DNA of 64,000 nt, from assembly GCA_041738505.1 (NCBI GenBank), contig JBGSPQ010000010.1, forward strand, positions 5,553 to 69,552. The letters run 5' to 3'. Position 1 is the first letter of the stretch, and every line of letters begins with the position of its first letter. Origin of the DNA: Candidatus Altimarinota bacterium (GTDB lineage: Bacteria; Patescibacteriota; Gracilibacteria; UBA1369). Below, piece by piece: positions 42,875 to 53,235 of this stretch. Made by a program: the position numbers and the translations under genes. The notes beneath the pieces were generated by a model that saw nothing but the letters and a program-made list of their open reading frames with translations, searched no databases and was not told the DNA's origin.

Positions 42875-43291
42875 TTAACCGTTGAACCATGAGCGTTTCG
42901 CGTGGGCGGGGATTCCGCGCCAGTCTGCGGGCGGATCATTATCATTTTGGCGGGGATCCGTAATACCCATGCCCACAGCTAATGTATCCGCTAGGATACT
43001 AACTTTTACTATTTCTCCTTTTTGGCCGGCCTCCACGATCGCCATCAATAAATCACGGTATTTGCCTCTACGACCGATGACTTCCGAAACCGCGCTGTCG
43101 GAAAGGTCACTTGCCATAAGAACGCCGCGCAAATCCGCATCGCTGATTTTATCAAGCGGATGCTTGTCGTTTTCCGGTTTGCCGATCATAAAGTCGTTTT
43201 GGCGGGGGTAAGCAGTGAATTGGCTATTCGTATTAAGATTATTCATTGGAAACAAATAAAAAAATGGAAGCCAAGCTATACTGCTCAACAT
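42875..43291 (-). CDS. Hypothetical protein (138 aa; alternative ATG 45 nt downstream)
   Basis: ORF with an ATG start followed by a terminator. No motif recognised. Confidence 0.4.
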   Translation of the reverse strand: MLSSIAWLPFFYLFPMNNLNTNSQFTAYPRQNDFMIGKPENDKHPLDKISDADLRGVLMASDLSDSAVSEVIGRRGKYRDLLMAIVEAGQKGEIVKVSILADTLAVGMGITDPRQNDNDPPADWRGIPAHAKRSWFNG

Positions 43292-43360
43292 AATCTGTCA
43301 ATAGTCAAAAGGAATAACAATTCGCTCCGCCAGTCGCCCGCTCGCTCGTCCGTCCGTCCA

Positions 43361-43405
43361 ATCCAACCTCCCGCCATCCAACCTCTCCCCATCCAACCTC
43401 TCCCC
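43361..43405. repeat. 15-nt tandem repeat ATCCAACCTC(C/T)C(G/C)CC x3 within a C-rich, G-poor tract (~43320-43440)
   Basis: Units start at 43361, 43376 and 43391. Confidence 0.8.
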
Positions 43406-43509
43406 ACGCCATTTCGCAAAACTCACCAATTCCGCACATTATACGAAATGACTAATATTACGACACATTCCGGATTTTGCTTCTCCTGTAAACTCTAATT
43501 ATTGACTTG

Positions 43510-43588
43510 CACAAGCGACGACCATGACACAGCTTGACAGTTTTTGGCTACCGAAAAGAATTGATTGTTGGCTTGTTAGTGCTAAATT
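43510..43588 (+). other. Conserved block upstream of HNH paralogue 2 (CACAAGCGACG-13-TTGACA-43-TAAATT)
   Basis: Same boxes and spacings as 4317-4395 on the opposite strand. TTGATT (43561-43566)-16-TAAATT could be the functional promoter. Confidence 0.55.
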
Positions 43589-43615
43589 TTAACTATAAAA
43601 ACTAATCAAAAAAAC

Positions 43616-44635
43616 ATGAATAACATCAATGAAACACCTGACAAAATATCGGACAAAGAGTTATACAAAAAATGCGTAATCTATGGAAGACAGGCGCTCC
43701 GGGCGCGCAGAAAGTTCATTGGTCTTCTACCGGAAGTTTACAAAAGACAGCTTTACCAAAAAAAAGGTTGCGGATCAATTCATGAATTTGCCGCGAAAAT
43801 GGCTGGAATAAGTCACGAACAGGTAAACAGAGTATTGAGCCTGGAAAAAAGATTCATTGCCACTCCCATCTTGCACGCGGCATTGGCCGAAGGAAATATC
43901 AGCGTCAACAAACTTCTTAGGCTTGCTCCGATTGCGACTGCCGAAAATCAGGCAAAACTGGCAAAAAAAGCTGAAGTCTTGTCAAATCGCGCGCTGGAGG
44001 TTTTTGTTCAGGATTACAAAAGAGAGAAAACGGGGGATTATGCAAATGGAAGTGGCTTTGTGAAGAAGCAAACGAAGGGCAAATCCGTGCACCACCGCCA
44101 AGGCGGGGTCTCCGACGTGCACGTGCACGGACATGGACACGAAACCATACCGACCATGAATTTGGCATCGAATGTCGGAGCCGCGCCTATGCTGAATCTT
44201 GCACCGGATGTAGAGGCCGAACTCACTCAATTACAGCAAAAAGGCCTGGATATAAACGAAATTCTGCGCCAATTTTTGCACGACAGACAAGCAAAAATAG
44301 AACAAACAAAACGGGAACTTGCCATAAAACAGGCGCGTGAATATGAGGAGAAATCAATGATCGGCATGCCCGCGAAAAGATACATCCCCGCGGAAATAAG
44401 AAAAATCATCACAGCCCAACACGGCACACAATGCACGGCCTACGGATGTGCCAAAAAAGCTGAAAATCTACACCACGAAAAACCGTTCGCCACATTCCGG
44501 TCCCATGACCCGCGCCACCTCAAACCCCTCTGCCGCGCGCATCACGAAATCGTCCACTCCGAAGACGCAAAAGTGTTGCTGCATAAGCGTTTTATGACAA
44601 ACGCACATCTTCCATATTCAGGTCAGCGCCGTTGA
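43616..44635 (+). CDS. HNH endonuclease with DUF222-like N-terminal domain (paralogue 2)
   Basis: 339 aa. C-terminal CTAYGCAKKAENLHHEKPFATFRSHDPRHLKPLCRAHHEIVH. The N-terminus is collinear with paralogue 1. Confidence 0.8.
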   Translation: MNNINETPDKISDKELYKKCVIYGRQALRARRKFIGLLPEVYKRQLYQKKGCGSIHEFAAKMAGISHEQVNRVLSLEKRFIATPILHAALAEGNISVNKLLRLAPIATAENQAKLAKKAEVLSNRALEVFVQDYKREKTGDYANGSGFVKKQTKGKSVHHRQGGVSDVHVHGHGHETIPTMNLASNVGAAPMLNLAPDVEAELTQLQQKGLDINEILRQFLHDRQAKIEQTKRELAIKQAREYEEKSMIGMPAKRYIPAEIRKIITAQHGTQCTAYGCAKKAENLHHEKPFATFRSHDPRHLKPLCRAHHEIVHSEDAKVLLHKRFMTNAHLPYSGQRR

Positions 44636-44718
44636 CTCACGGCAAAACAACATAGAGATTAACATTTCCGCCATTTCTGCTAAAATTCACAATTGAATTA
44701 ATAACTCAAGAAAAATAA

Positions 44719-46014
44719 ATGAACGAACTATTCACAGAGGCTCTAATCATTATTGGCCTTATTTTGATTAACGGATTTTTCGCCGCCGCGGAAATTGCGA
44801 TTATCGCGATGCGCAGGAGCAGAACAAAGGAGTTGATAAAAAAAGGCGATTCACGGGCTAAAAACATCCTTTATTTTCAGCAGAATCCGGAAAAATTTCT
44901 GGCGACAATACAAGTGGGGATAACTCTGGCCGGCACATTCGCGGCGGCTTTTGGCGGTATGACCATTGTTGAAACATTGAGTCCCTTATTAAAGGCGACC
45001 AATATTTCATTCTTTGTTGCGAATGCTGAACCGATAGCATTTGTCATAGTTGTTGTTAGCATCGCATATTTCACCATAATTATCGGTGAACTGGTGCCGA
45101 AATCACTTGCCCTGCGTTTTGCCGAGGGAGTGGCGCTTTTTGTGGTTTATCCGGTCAAATTTGCCTATTATGTTTTCTATTTATTCGTCAAAATTCTGAC
45201 CGTTTCATCAAATCTCATTCTTTGGCCTTTCAAAGATCAAACCAGTTTTAGTGAATCAAAATTGTCGGAGGAGGAGATCCGCTATTTGATTCTTGAGAGC
45301 AGAGAGGCCGGAACAATTGAGAAGAGGGAACACAAATTTATAGAAAATGTATTTGATTTCGGAGATCTTGATGTGTCAAAAGTCATGGTTCCTCATAACA
45401 AGATTATTTCATTTGATATCAACGAGTCGCCGGACACGGTAATCAGCCAATTTATCAAAAGAAATTTTTCCCGCATTCCGATCTATGACGGGGAGAGGGA
45501 CAATATTGTCGGTATTCTGTACAGCAAAGACATAATGATCAGGATTGCCATGAAACAGAAAATTGTTGTCAGGGAATTGATTCGACCGCCTCTCTTTGTT
45601 CCGTCCACGCAAAGGTTGCATGACATTCTTCAGCAATTCCGGAAAGAAAAAATGCACATGGCAATCGTGCTTGATGAACATGGAGGCGTTGACGGGGTTG
45701 TCACCCTTGAAGATATTCTGGAAGAAATAGTCGGTGAAATTAATGACGAAAACGATATTGTTTCAACTGAAATCAGAAAGCAGAAAGACGGCTCATACCT
45801 GGTGGAGGGTTCAACCACGATCACATATTTCAACGAGTTTCTTGAAGCTAAATTGCCTGAGGATGGTCAATACAATTCGGTTTCAGGATTTATTCTGGAA
45901 CAGTTTCGACGTATGCCGCAAAAAGAAGAGAATCTTACTTATGACAAAATGAAATTCACAATTAAGGATGTTTCACAAAAACGCATCAAACTTATTGAGG
46001 TAAAAAAAATATAG
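44719..46014 (+). CDS. CNNM/CorC-HlyC family transporter-like protein (DUF21-CBS pair-CorC_HlyC)
   Basis: Four N-terminal TM helices (DUF21), a CBS pair (VMVPHNKI.., IPIYDGERDNIVGILY), and a C-terminal CorC/HlyC domain. Confidence 0.8.
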   Translation: MNELFTEALIIIGLILINGFFAAAEIAIIAMRRSRTKELIKKGDSRAKNILYFQQNPEKFLATIQVGITLAGTFAAAFGGMTIVETLSPLLKATNISFFVANAEPIAFVIVVVSIAYFTIIIGELVPKSLALRFAEGVALFVVYPVKFAYYVFYLFVKILTVSSNLILWPFKDQTSFSESKLSEEEIRYLILESREAGTIEKREHKFIENVFDFGDLDVSKVMVPHNKIISFDINESPDTVISQFIKRNFSRIPIYDGERDNIVGILYSKDIMIRIAMKQKIVVRELIRPPLFVPSTQRLHDILQQFRKEKMHMAIVLDEHGGVDGVVTLEDILEEIVGEINDENDIVSTEIRKQKDGSYLVEGSTTITYFNEFLEAKLPEDGQYNSVSGFILEQFRRMPQKEENLTYDKMKFTIKDVSQKRIKLIEVKKI

Positions 46015-46041
46015 TTGGGAAGATAAACAATTAATGCTTTT

Positions 46042-46890
46042 ATGCTGATTTTCGGGGCGCATATGTCCATTGCGGAGGGGTTTGGGGCGGCCGCGCAGAG
46101 AGCCGTGGACGAGTACGGCGCGAACGCCATGCAGATTTTTACCAAAAATCCGCGCGGCCGCGGCGTTAAACCCATGGCCGAAAGCGATTTATCATTGTAC
46201 CGCTCATATAAATCGCGGCTCAAATTTGTTGTCGCCCACGGTTCCTATTTGCTCAACTTTGGCAAACCATTGAGCGAAATCCCCTGGGCCGAAAAGGATC
46301 TGCTCACCGATTTTGAAAGGATGGAAGTGCTGGAAGGTGACGGAATCGTTGTGCACGTGGGGAAAGCAATGGGAGGAGACGAACAAAAAGCTTTCCAAAA
46401 CATCACCGAAAACGCCAAAATAAGCATAGAAAAAACATCCAAAACCGGCATCGGCTATTTTTTGGAAAACACCGCGGGGCAGGGGAGTGAACTGGGGTAC
46501 AAGTTGGAGCATTTATCCAAAATCAATAAAGAAATGGCGCCCGCCGGCCGCCGCTTCAAGTTCTGCCTGGACACCGCGCACCTCTGGGCGGCCGGCTTCA
46601 ATCTTTCCACTTCCTCATCCGCCCGCAAAGTCCTCACCGAAATCGAGCAGGCCATCGGGGCCGACAAAATCGCCTGTTTCCACTTTAACGACTCCAAAAA
46701 AGAACTCGGTACCCGCGTGGACCGCCACGACAACCTGGGCAAAGGCCAAATACCTTTGGAAGGCCTGTCGGTCGTACTAAATTATGCCGTTGAAAAATCC
46801 ATCCCCATCATCCTGGAAACCCCCGATAAAGCCCCGGAGGACCGCCAAAACGACCTCATCGTGCTCCAACGCCTGAACAAATCAAACTAA
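46042..46890 (+). CDS. nfo: Endonuclease IV (AP endonuclease family 2)
   Basis: FGAHMSIAEGF..A...A.EYGANAMQIFTKNPRG, and the ENTAGQG, CLDTAHLWAAG and HFNDSK metal-ligand blocks. Confidence 0.88.
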   Translation: MLIFGAHMSIAEGFGAAAQRAVDEYGANAMQIFTKNPRGRGVKPMAESDLSLYRSYKSRLKFVVAHGSYLLNFGKPLSEIPWAEKDLLTDFERMEVLEGDGIVVHVGKAMGGDEQKAFQNITENAKISIEKTSKTGIGYFLENTAGQGSELGYKLEHLSKINKEMAPAGRRFKFCLDTAHLWAAGFNLSTSSSARKVLTEIEQAIGADKIACFHFNDSKKELGTRVDRHDNLGKGQIPLEGLSVVLNYAVEKSIPIILETPDKAPEDRQNDLIVLQRLNKSN

Positions 46891-46907
46891 CCGCCCACCC
46901 CCGCGCT

Positions 46908-48683
46908 TCACCTCTTCAGTCGTTTTAGCAACTCCTTAAGCGTCATCGTATTAATCACATCCTCTTTCGTAAGCCATCCGCGTTTGGCCACCGCCACTCC
47001 GTACTTCAAAAAATCTATCTGCGAAAAGTGGTGCGAATCCGAATCAATACTAAACTTCGCGCCCCATTCCTTTGCCATTTTGCAGTAATAATCAAACAAA
47101 TCCAGCCGCGACGGTTGCGAATTAATCTCCAGCGCCACTCCCTCCGAAATCGCCGCGCGAATCACCTTCGGCATATCAATTTCATACGGTTCGCGTTGGT
47201 TAATCAGCCTGCCCGAAGGGTGCCCCCAAATCGTAACATACGGATTTTTAAGCGCCTTAATAACCCTTTCCGTCATCTCCTTTCCGGGCATCTTAAACCG
47301 CGAATGCACCGAAGCCACCACCACATCAAACTTCTTTAAAACCTTGTCCGGCAAATCCAAAGATCCGTCCGCCAGAATATCGCACTCGGTGCCTTTCAGC
47401 ATCCTAAACGCCGGAGCCCCGGCCGCCGCCTCCTTTTCCAAAACCTTGTTCACCTCATCAATTTCGTCCCATTGCATCTCATAACGGTCCACGGTCAGCC
47501 CGTGCGCGATCGTGGAACTTTTGGAATGATCGCAAAGAGCCATGTATTCATATCCCGCGTCGCGGTAATATCTCGCCACCTCCTCTATCTCATGCGTACC
47601 ATCGCTCCATTTGCTGTGGCAGTGCAAATCTCCTTTCAAGTCCGAAAGTTCCACAGTTTTCGGCAGGCGGCCCTTTTCCGCCGCCTCAATTTCACCCCGA
47701 TTTTCGCGCAGTAGAGGCTCAATAAACGGCAGACCAACAGCCTTAAAAATCTCCCCCTCGGTTTTCCCCCCTACAAGTTTTTCCTCTTCCTTCCCTCGTT
47801 TTTTTAAAATCTCAAAAACCCCGTATTCGCTGATTTTCATCCCCATTCGTTTGGCCCGGTCGCGGATCGCAACATTATGTTCCTTTGAACCCGTAAAATA
47901 ATGCAGAGCCGCCCCGAAAATTTTCTCTTCAATAACGCGCAAATCCGCCTGAATGCCCGACTCCAGAATCACCGAGGTTTTAGTCGGGCCCCGCGCTATC
48001 ACACTTTTCACATCCCCGTATTTCACAAAATAATCCATGATTATTTTTGATTTTTTTTCATCGGCCTCCGCCACCAGAATATCCAAATCGCCGATAGTTT
48101 CTTTCATCCTGCGCAGACTCCCCGCGTACTCAATTTTTTTTACCTCTTTGCATTTTTTCATATAAGTGATGATTTCCTCCGCCAGATTCAGCGCTTGTGA
48201 AAGCATCATTCTTTCCGTATGCATGTCGTATTCCTCCAGCGCCTTTATAATATCCGCTTCGCTGATTTCTCCCATGCCCGGTAAATCGCGAAGCAAACCG
48301 TCTTTGGCCGCGCGTCGCAATTTTTCCGGATTATCAATATTAAGCTGACTAAAAAAAAGTTTCACTTTTTTCGGGCCGACCCCGCGAACCCTAAGCATTT
48401 CAAGTAAACCCGGACTGAACTTTTTCATCATATCCTCATGATAGGAGCACTTTCCGGTTTCAATCATCTCGGCGATTTTCTGCGCCAGATCCTTGCCGAT
48501 TCCGGGAATTTCCTCCAACGCTTTTGTCCCGCCGGAGTTGTAAATGTCACTGCACTCCGTCCCCAAATCTCCGATTGTTAAAGCGGCCTTCTGATAAGCC
48601 AAAACCCGAAAGCGGTTTTCGCCGTTGATTTCCAGCATGTCGCCGATTTCCTGAAAAATTTTCGCAATTCTCTGATTGTCCAT
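46908..48683 (-). CDS. polX: Family X DNA polymerase with C-terminal PHP domain
   Basis: MDNQRIAKIFQEIGDMLEI..ENRFRVLAYQKAA (HhH), GSLRRMKETIGDLDILV (PolX palm), and PHP motifs DLHCHSKWSDG and SDSH. Confidence 0.9.
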   Translation of the reverse strand: MDNQRIAKIFQEIGDMLEINGENRFRVLAYQKAALTIGDLGTECSDIYNSGGTKALEEIPGIGKDLAQKIAEMIETGKCSYHEDMMKKFSPGLLEMLRVRGVGPKKVKLFFSQLNIDNPEKLRRAAKDGLLRDLPGMGEISEADIIKALEEYDMHTERMMLSQALNLAEEIITYMKKCKEVKKIEYAGSLRRMKETIGDLDILVAEADEKKSKIIMDYFVKYGDVKSVIARGPTKTSVILESGIQADLRVIEEKIFGAALHYFTGSKEHNVAIRDRAKRMGMKISEYGVFEILKKRGKEEEKLVGGKTEGEIFKAVGLPFIEPLLRENRGEIEAAEKGRLPKTVELSDLKGDLHCHSKWSDGTHEIEEVARYYRDAGYEYMALCDHSKSSTIAHGLTVDRYEMQWDEIDEVNKVLEKEAAAGAPAFRMLKGTECDILADGSLDLPDKVLKKFDVVVASVHSRFKMPGKEMTERVIKALKNPYVTIWGHPSGRLINQREPYEIDMPKVIRAAISEGVALEINSQPSRLDLFDYYCKMAKEWGAKFSIDSDSHHFSQIDFLKYGVAVAKRGWLTKEDVINTMTLKELLKRLKR

Positions 48684-48770
48684 TTTTATGATGATTAAAA
48701 CCCGATCTTCTCTTGGACGGATGCATTATAACAGATTATAATCGCATCGTAAGCCGTAAAAAATTCACTC

Positions 48771-49415
48771 ATGGCTCAAAGAAACGATCCCGACACCTTA
48801 AAAATACCGGCCTATATGCGTTCAAAGGCCATCGTAAAACGCGACCGCCAACGTCTGCTCTGGACCGCCTGGGATCGCAAAGAGGCCGGGGTAAAGCCAA
48901 ATTCCCCACGTGCGCTGGGAAAGGTGGAAAGACCAAATTCCGTGGCGCCCGGCCCGGTTGTTCCGGGTAGAACAAGAACCGTTTACACGCAAAAATCCAA
49001 AACAACTACCGCAAGAAAGACACCGGCATTCATGCAAAAATCGGTTGCGGGACAAACTCTTCAAAACAGAACACCCGCCTTTTTACGGCCAAGTCCGGCT
49101 CCAAAAATTGAAACCGTGCAAAACGAAACGGATTTTGAATCACCAATAACGCCCTCCCTCCCCCAAAAATTCCCCCACGCAGGCGAGACAACCCACTACC
49201 TTTCCAATATCAACGTCGCGATAATCAAGACAACTGTTCCGTTAAAAATCGGTGACGTTTTGCTGATACAGGGAGACGGATATCTCTTTACCCAGCCAAT
49301 AACCGAAATGCAGATTGACAGAAAACCGGTAAAACGGGCAAAAAAGGGCTCGCACATCGGCCTGAAAGTCACTCACGAAGCCGCTGTAAACGGCACCGTT
49401 TACATTCTAAAATAA
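48771..49415 (+). CDS. Hypothetical protein with three (I/T)PA(Y/F)(M/L) motifs and a C-terminal EF-Tu-domain-2-like beta barrel
   Basis: DTLKIPAYMRSKA (N-terminus), KTPAFMQKS and RTPAFLRPS. The C-terminal IGDVLLIQGDG...GSHIGLKV resembles translation-factor domain II. Confidence 0.5.
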   Translation: MAQRNDPDTLKIPAYMRSKAIVKRDRQRLLWTAWDRKEAGVKPNSPRALGKVERPNSVAPGPVVPGRTRTVYTQKSKTTTARKTPAFMQKSVAGQTLQNRTPAFLRPSPAPKIETVQNETDFESPITPSLPQKFPHAGETTHYLSNINVAIIKTTVPLKIGDVLLIQGDGYLFTQPITEMQIDRKPVKRAKKGSHIGLKVTHEAAVNGTVYILK

Positions 49416-49483
49416 AATGCGGGCATAGGGTTAGACCAAGTGGCTTTATTATGCTAAAATATAAGGAAATTAAATAAACCAGC

Positions 49484-51010
49484 ATGTCCAAAAAACATTC
49501 CAAAACCGTCCGTGTCCAAAACTACATCAATGGCAAATGGGTGCCGGCAATATCGGGAAAGACTTTCGAACGGGAAAACCCCGCTTTTACGAATGAAAAA
49601 GTGGCCGTCTGTCCTCTATCGGATAAGCGCGATGTTGAAGCGGCGGTTAAGGCGGCCAAGAATGCATTCCCTCTCTGGCGGGACACGCCCGCCCCCAAGC
49701 GCGGGGAAATTTTATATAAAGCCGCGCAGCTTCTGGAAGAAAAAAAATCGCTTCTTGGCGATTTGGCCGCCAACGAAATGGGCAAAGTAAAAAAAGAGGC
49801 TTACGGCGACGTGCAGGAGGCGATTGATATGGGCTACTACATGGCCGGCGAAGGCAGAAGACTCCACGGAGAAACAATGCCATCCGAACTCCCGAACAAA
49901 TCCATCCGCACCGTGCGCCAGCCGCTGGGAGTTTTCGGGGTGATCACTCCCTGGAATTTTCCCGTAGCCATTCCCGCATGGAAGATTTTCCCCGCTTTGA
50001 TAAGCGGCAATACCGTTGTTTTTAAGCCGTCGCAGTGCGCGACAGCCTGCGCCTATGAATTTGTAAAAATATTTGAACAGGCGGGACTGCCTTTGGGCGT
50101 TCTGAATCTTGTCTGCGGAAGTGGAAAGGATGTGGGGGAACCGCTCTTTAAACATCCCGACATCAATGGCGTCACCTTTACGGGATCTTCCGCCGTGGGT
50201 ATGAAAATAGGCGAATATTGCGGAAAGAATCTAATCAAACACTCTCTGGAAATGGGCGGCAAAAACGTGATTATCGTCATGGACGACGCCGACATTGACC
50301 TTGCTGTGGACGGGGCTGTATGGGCCGCCTTCGGCACAACGGGACAGAGATGCACGGCCGCTTCGCGCATTATTATTCATGAAAAAGTATATGATCGGTT
50401 CAAGAAAAAATTTCTGGAGGAAATCGCCAAATTAAAACTCGGCTACGCGCTGGAAAAGAACGTGGACATGGGACCTCTGGTCAGCCGCGAGGCTCTGGAA
50501 AAAACATATAAATACATGGAAATCGCCAAAAAAACGGACAAGGCGAAATTGATAGCGGGAGGGGATATAGCCAAAGGAAAAGGGGTAAATGATATAAAAT
50601 TGGCCGGAGGGTACTTTTTTGAACCGACCGTTTATGAAAAAGTCACTCCAAGTATGCGCATATTCCGTGAGGAGATTTTTGGACCCGTAACCGCTTTAAT
50701 CAAAGTGAAGGATTTTGAACAGGCGCTTGAATACGCCAACAATGTTGAATACGGACTAAGCTCGTCCATTTTCACAAAGAGCATTAATCTTGCAGAAAAG
50801 GCCGCCGCAAAACTGGAAACCGGTCTGGTATATATAAACACTTCCACCATCGGCGCTGAAATTCAGACGCCTTTTGGAGGAGTAAAAAACTCCGGTAACG
50901 GCCACCGCGACGCCGGAGGAAAGGGCGGTGCCATAGACACTTTTACAGAAATGAAAGTTATCTCGGTTGATTATTCCGGCCATCTGCAAAAAGCGCAGGG
51001 TATTGATTGA
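49484..51010 (+). CDS. NAD(P)-dependent aldehyde dehydrogenase (candidate glutamate-semialdehyde/P5C dehydrogenase)
   Basis: ALDH motifs [15 protein letters not shown] and GQRCTAASR (catalytic Cys), EEIFGPV. Confidence 0.85.
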   Translation: MSKKHSKTVRVQNYINGKWVPAISGKTFERENPAFTNEKVAVCPLSDKRDVEAAVKAAKNAFPLWRDTPAPKRGEILYKAAQLLEEKKSLLGDLAANEMGKVKKEAYGDVQEAIDMGYYMAGEGRRLHGETMPSELPNKSIRTVRQPLGVFGVITPWNFPVAIPAWKIFPALISGNTVVFKPSQCATACAYEFVKIFEQAGLPLGVLNLVCGSGKDVGEPLFKHPDINGVTFTGSSAVGMKIGEYCGKNLIKHSLEMGGKNVIIVMDDADIDLAVDGAVWAAFGTTGQRCTAASRIIIHEKVYDRFKKKFLEEIAKLKLGYALEKNVDMGPLVSREALEKTYKYMEIAKKTDKAKLIAGGDIAKGKGVNDIKLAGGYFFEPTVYEKVTPSMRIFREEIFGPVTALIKVKDFEQALEYANNVEYGLSSSIFTKSINLAEKAAAKLETGLVYINTSTIGAEIQTPFGGVKNSGNGHRDAGGKGGAIDTFTEMKVISVDYSGHLQKAQGID

Positions 51011-51020
51011 TAAAAAAACC

Positions 51021-52364
51021 ATGAACAGAGACAAACAAACACCAAAAATCAGAACAAAACTTCCCGGTCCGAACGCCGCAAAATGGGTGGAGTTTCATCT
51101 TAAAAACGCCGCCAAGGCAACATATGAAAAGCACTTTGTCTGGGATCGATCCGCTCCGGCAATCGGTCCATTTTGCACCGATCCCGACGGCAATGTAATT
51201 TTGGATTTCGCCTCTCACGTTTCGTCAAATCCGTTGGGGTACAACCATCCCGCGCTTATTAAAACGGCGGGTGAGCTTGCCAAAATCGATCCCGACAGAT
51301 ACGCGGGCACCGATTTCATCGGTGCCTTTGCCAAAACCCCCGCGCTCTCCAAACTCCCAACGCCCGCCCACCTCCACAACAAACTGATAGAAATCACTTC
51401 GCAGTTCGGCTTTAAAAAAGTGTTTCTGTCCAATTCCGGTTCGGAGGCGGTGGAAAACGCCATAAAATTCTGCTACCAGCACCGCAAAAACTACGGTTAC
51501 GGCTTTACTTTTGACGGCGCCTTTCACGGACGCACGCTGGGCGCGCTTTCGCTCAACCGCTCCAAAAATCTGCATAAAAGCTGGTATCCGCAGATTCCAT
51601 ACATCTTAAGTTTTCCTTTTGATTACTGCCACGGCGAAGATTGCAACTACGCGGGCACTCGTGCCCGCGCCGCCGACTCCATAGAAAAAATGTTGGATCC
51701 CGAAAAAGGATTAATCACTCCCGAAGAAGTGGCTTTCATCATCATAGAGCCAATCCAGGGCGAAGGCGGATACAACATCCCCGAAACAAAATTCATTCAA
51801 ACTGTGGCCAAAACCGCCAAAAAACACGGTATTCCCCTAATCTGCGACGAAATCCAGTCGGGAATGGGGCGCACCGGAAAGTGGTGGGCCAGTGAACACT
51901 TTGGCATCAAACCGGACATCATCACCGCCGGCAAAGCCCTGCGCGTGGGCGCCACCATCGGTCGGGAAAAATTCTTTCCCAAAGAATCGTACCGCATCGG
52001 CTCGACCTGGGGCGAAGGCAACGCCATAGCCTCCGCCGTCGGCTATATGACAATAGAAATCATCCAAAAAGAAAACCTGCTCCAAAATGCCACCGTGATG
52101 GGAAATTACTTCCTAAGTGAACTGAACAAACTCAAATCCGCCCACCCGCAAATCCATGATGTTCGTGGAATCGGGCTTATGGATGCCATAGATTTTACCA
52201 CCAAAAAACTGCGGGACGAGTTTCGTGAAAAATGTCTGCAAAAAGGACTCCTGCTTCTTAGTTGCGGCTACAAAGTTGTCCGTCTGCTTCCCCCGTTGGA
52301 CGTCACAAAAAGGGAAATAGACCTCGCTCTGGAAATAATCAAATCCGTTCTAAATGAGCTCTGA
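51021..52364 (+). CDS. Class-III PLP-dependent aminotransferase (ornithine/GABA/acetylornithine type)
   Basis: First ATG at 51021. LSNSGSEAVENAIK, DEIQSGMGRTGKWW, and TAGKAL (PLP Lys context). Confidence 0.85.
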   Translation: MNRDKQTPKIRTKLPGPNAAKWVEFHLKNAAKATYEKHFVWDRSAPAIGPFCTDPDGNVILDFASHVSSNPLGYNHPALIKTAGELAKIDPDRYAGTDFIGAFAKTPALSKLPTPAHLHNKLIEITSQFGFKKVFLSNSGSEAVENAIKFCYQHRKNYGYGFTFDGAFHGRTLGALSLNRSKNLHKSWYPQIPYILSFPFDYCHGEDCNYAGTRARAADSIEKMLDPEKGLITPEEVAFIIIEPIQGEGGYNIPETKFIQTVAKTAKKHGIPLICDEIQSGMGRTGKWWASEHFGIKPDIITAGKALRVGATIGREKFFPKESYRIGSTWGEGNAIASAVGYMTIEIIQKENLLQNATVMGNYFLSELNKLKSAHPQIHDVRGIGLMDAIDFTTKKLRDEFREKCLQKGLLLLSCGYKVVRLLPPLDVTKREIDLALEIIKSVLNEL

Positions 52365-53235
52365 TAAGCCACAAATTACACTTTTGGGAGCACCGTCCTG
52401 CCTTGGGGGAAACGTTTTCGGATGTCAGGATGGGCCTTTCGCCATCAGAAAAATCCTTATTCCAAAACTGAAAAAAAATAAAATTTCTTTCCGCGATCTG
52501 GGGGACGTGAATCCTCCTATCACCTGCGTAATCACAAATCCCCGGGCCAAATGTCTGGACGAAATCAGGCAAACCGACAACCTGCTGGTAAAAAAAATCC
52601 GCGCGGAAAAATTGTTTTCCTTTAGTATCAAAAATAAATCAGCTACTCTGCCGATTCTATTGGGCGGCGATCATTCCCTTAATTACTCTTTTATCCTGGA
52701 ATTGCATCGCAAAATGGGCAAAATCGGACTCATCTGGTTTGACGCGCACGCCGATTTCAACACACCTAAAATATCGCCGTCCGGCAACGTGCATGGCATG
52801 GTTCTTGCCGGGCTGGCAAAAAAAGTGGGGGAAACTAATATTGTGATTTTTGGAGTGAGGGACCTTGACCCGCAAGAAAAAACGCGACTGGAAAAATCGA
52901 AAGTGACCGTTATCACCATGGAGGAAATCAAAAAAAAAGGGACTGAAAAGTCGCTTAAAAAAGCGCTTAATGCCCTTTCAAAGACAAAGGGCATTCATCT
53001 AAGTTTTGACTTGGATATGTTTGACCCGTCCATCGCACCCGGAACGGGAACCCCCGTAAAAAAAGGCTTAAATAAAACAGATTTGAAAGACCTGATGAAA
53101 ACTCTGCGCACTCAAAATACCCCGCCGATGGTTTCCGCTGACATCATGGAATTAAATCCGCTAAATGATAAGTACGGCAGAACCGCCGGCCTTGCCGCCG
53201 AAATTGTTATCGGTCTGGCAAATCTATCCAAATAG
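52354..53235 (+). CDS. Ureohydrolase (arginase/agmatinase/formiminoglutamase family)
   Basis: Mn ligand blocks GGDHSL, DAHADFN and SFDLDMFDP are all present. The 11-nt overlap with the aminotransferase gene implies coupling. Confidence 0.82.
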   Translation: MSSDKPQITLLGAPSCLGGNVFGCQDGPFAIRKILIPKLKKNKISFRDLGDVNPPITCVITNPRAKCLDEIRQTDNLLVKKIRAEKLFSFSIKNKSATLPILLGGDHSLNYSFILELHRKMGKIGLIWFDAHADFNTPKISPSGNVHGMVLAGLAKKVGETNIVIFGVRDLDPQEKTRLEKSKVTVITMEEIKKKGTEKSLKKALNALSKTKGIHLSFDLDMFDPSIAPGTGTPVKKGLNKTDLKDLMKTLRTQNTPPMVSADIMELNPLNDKYGRTAGLAAEIVIGLANLSK

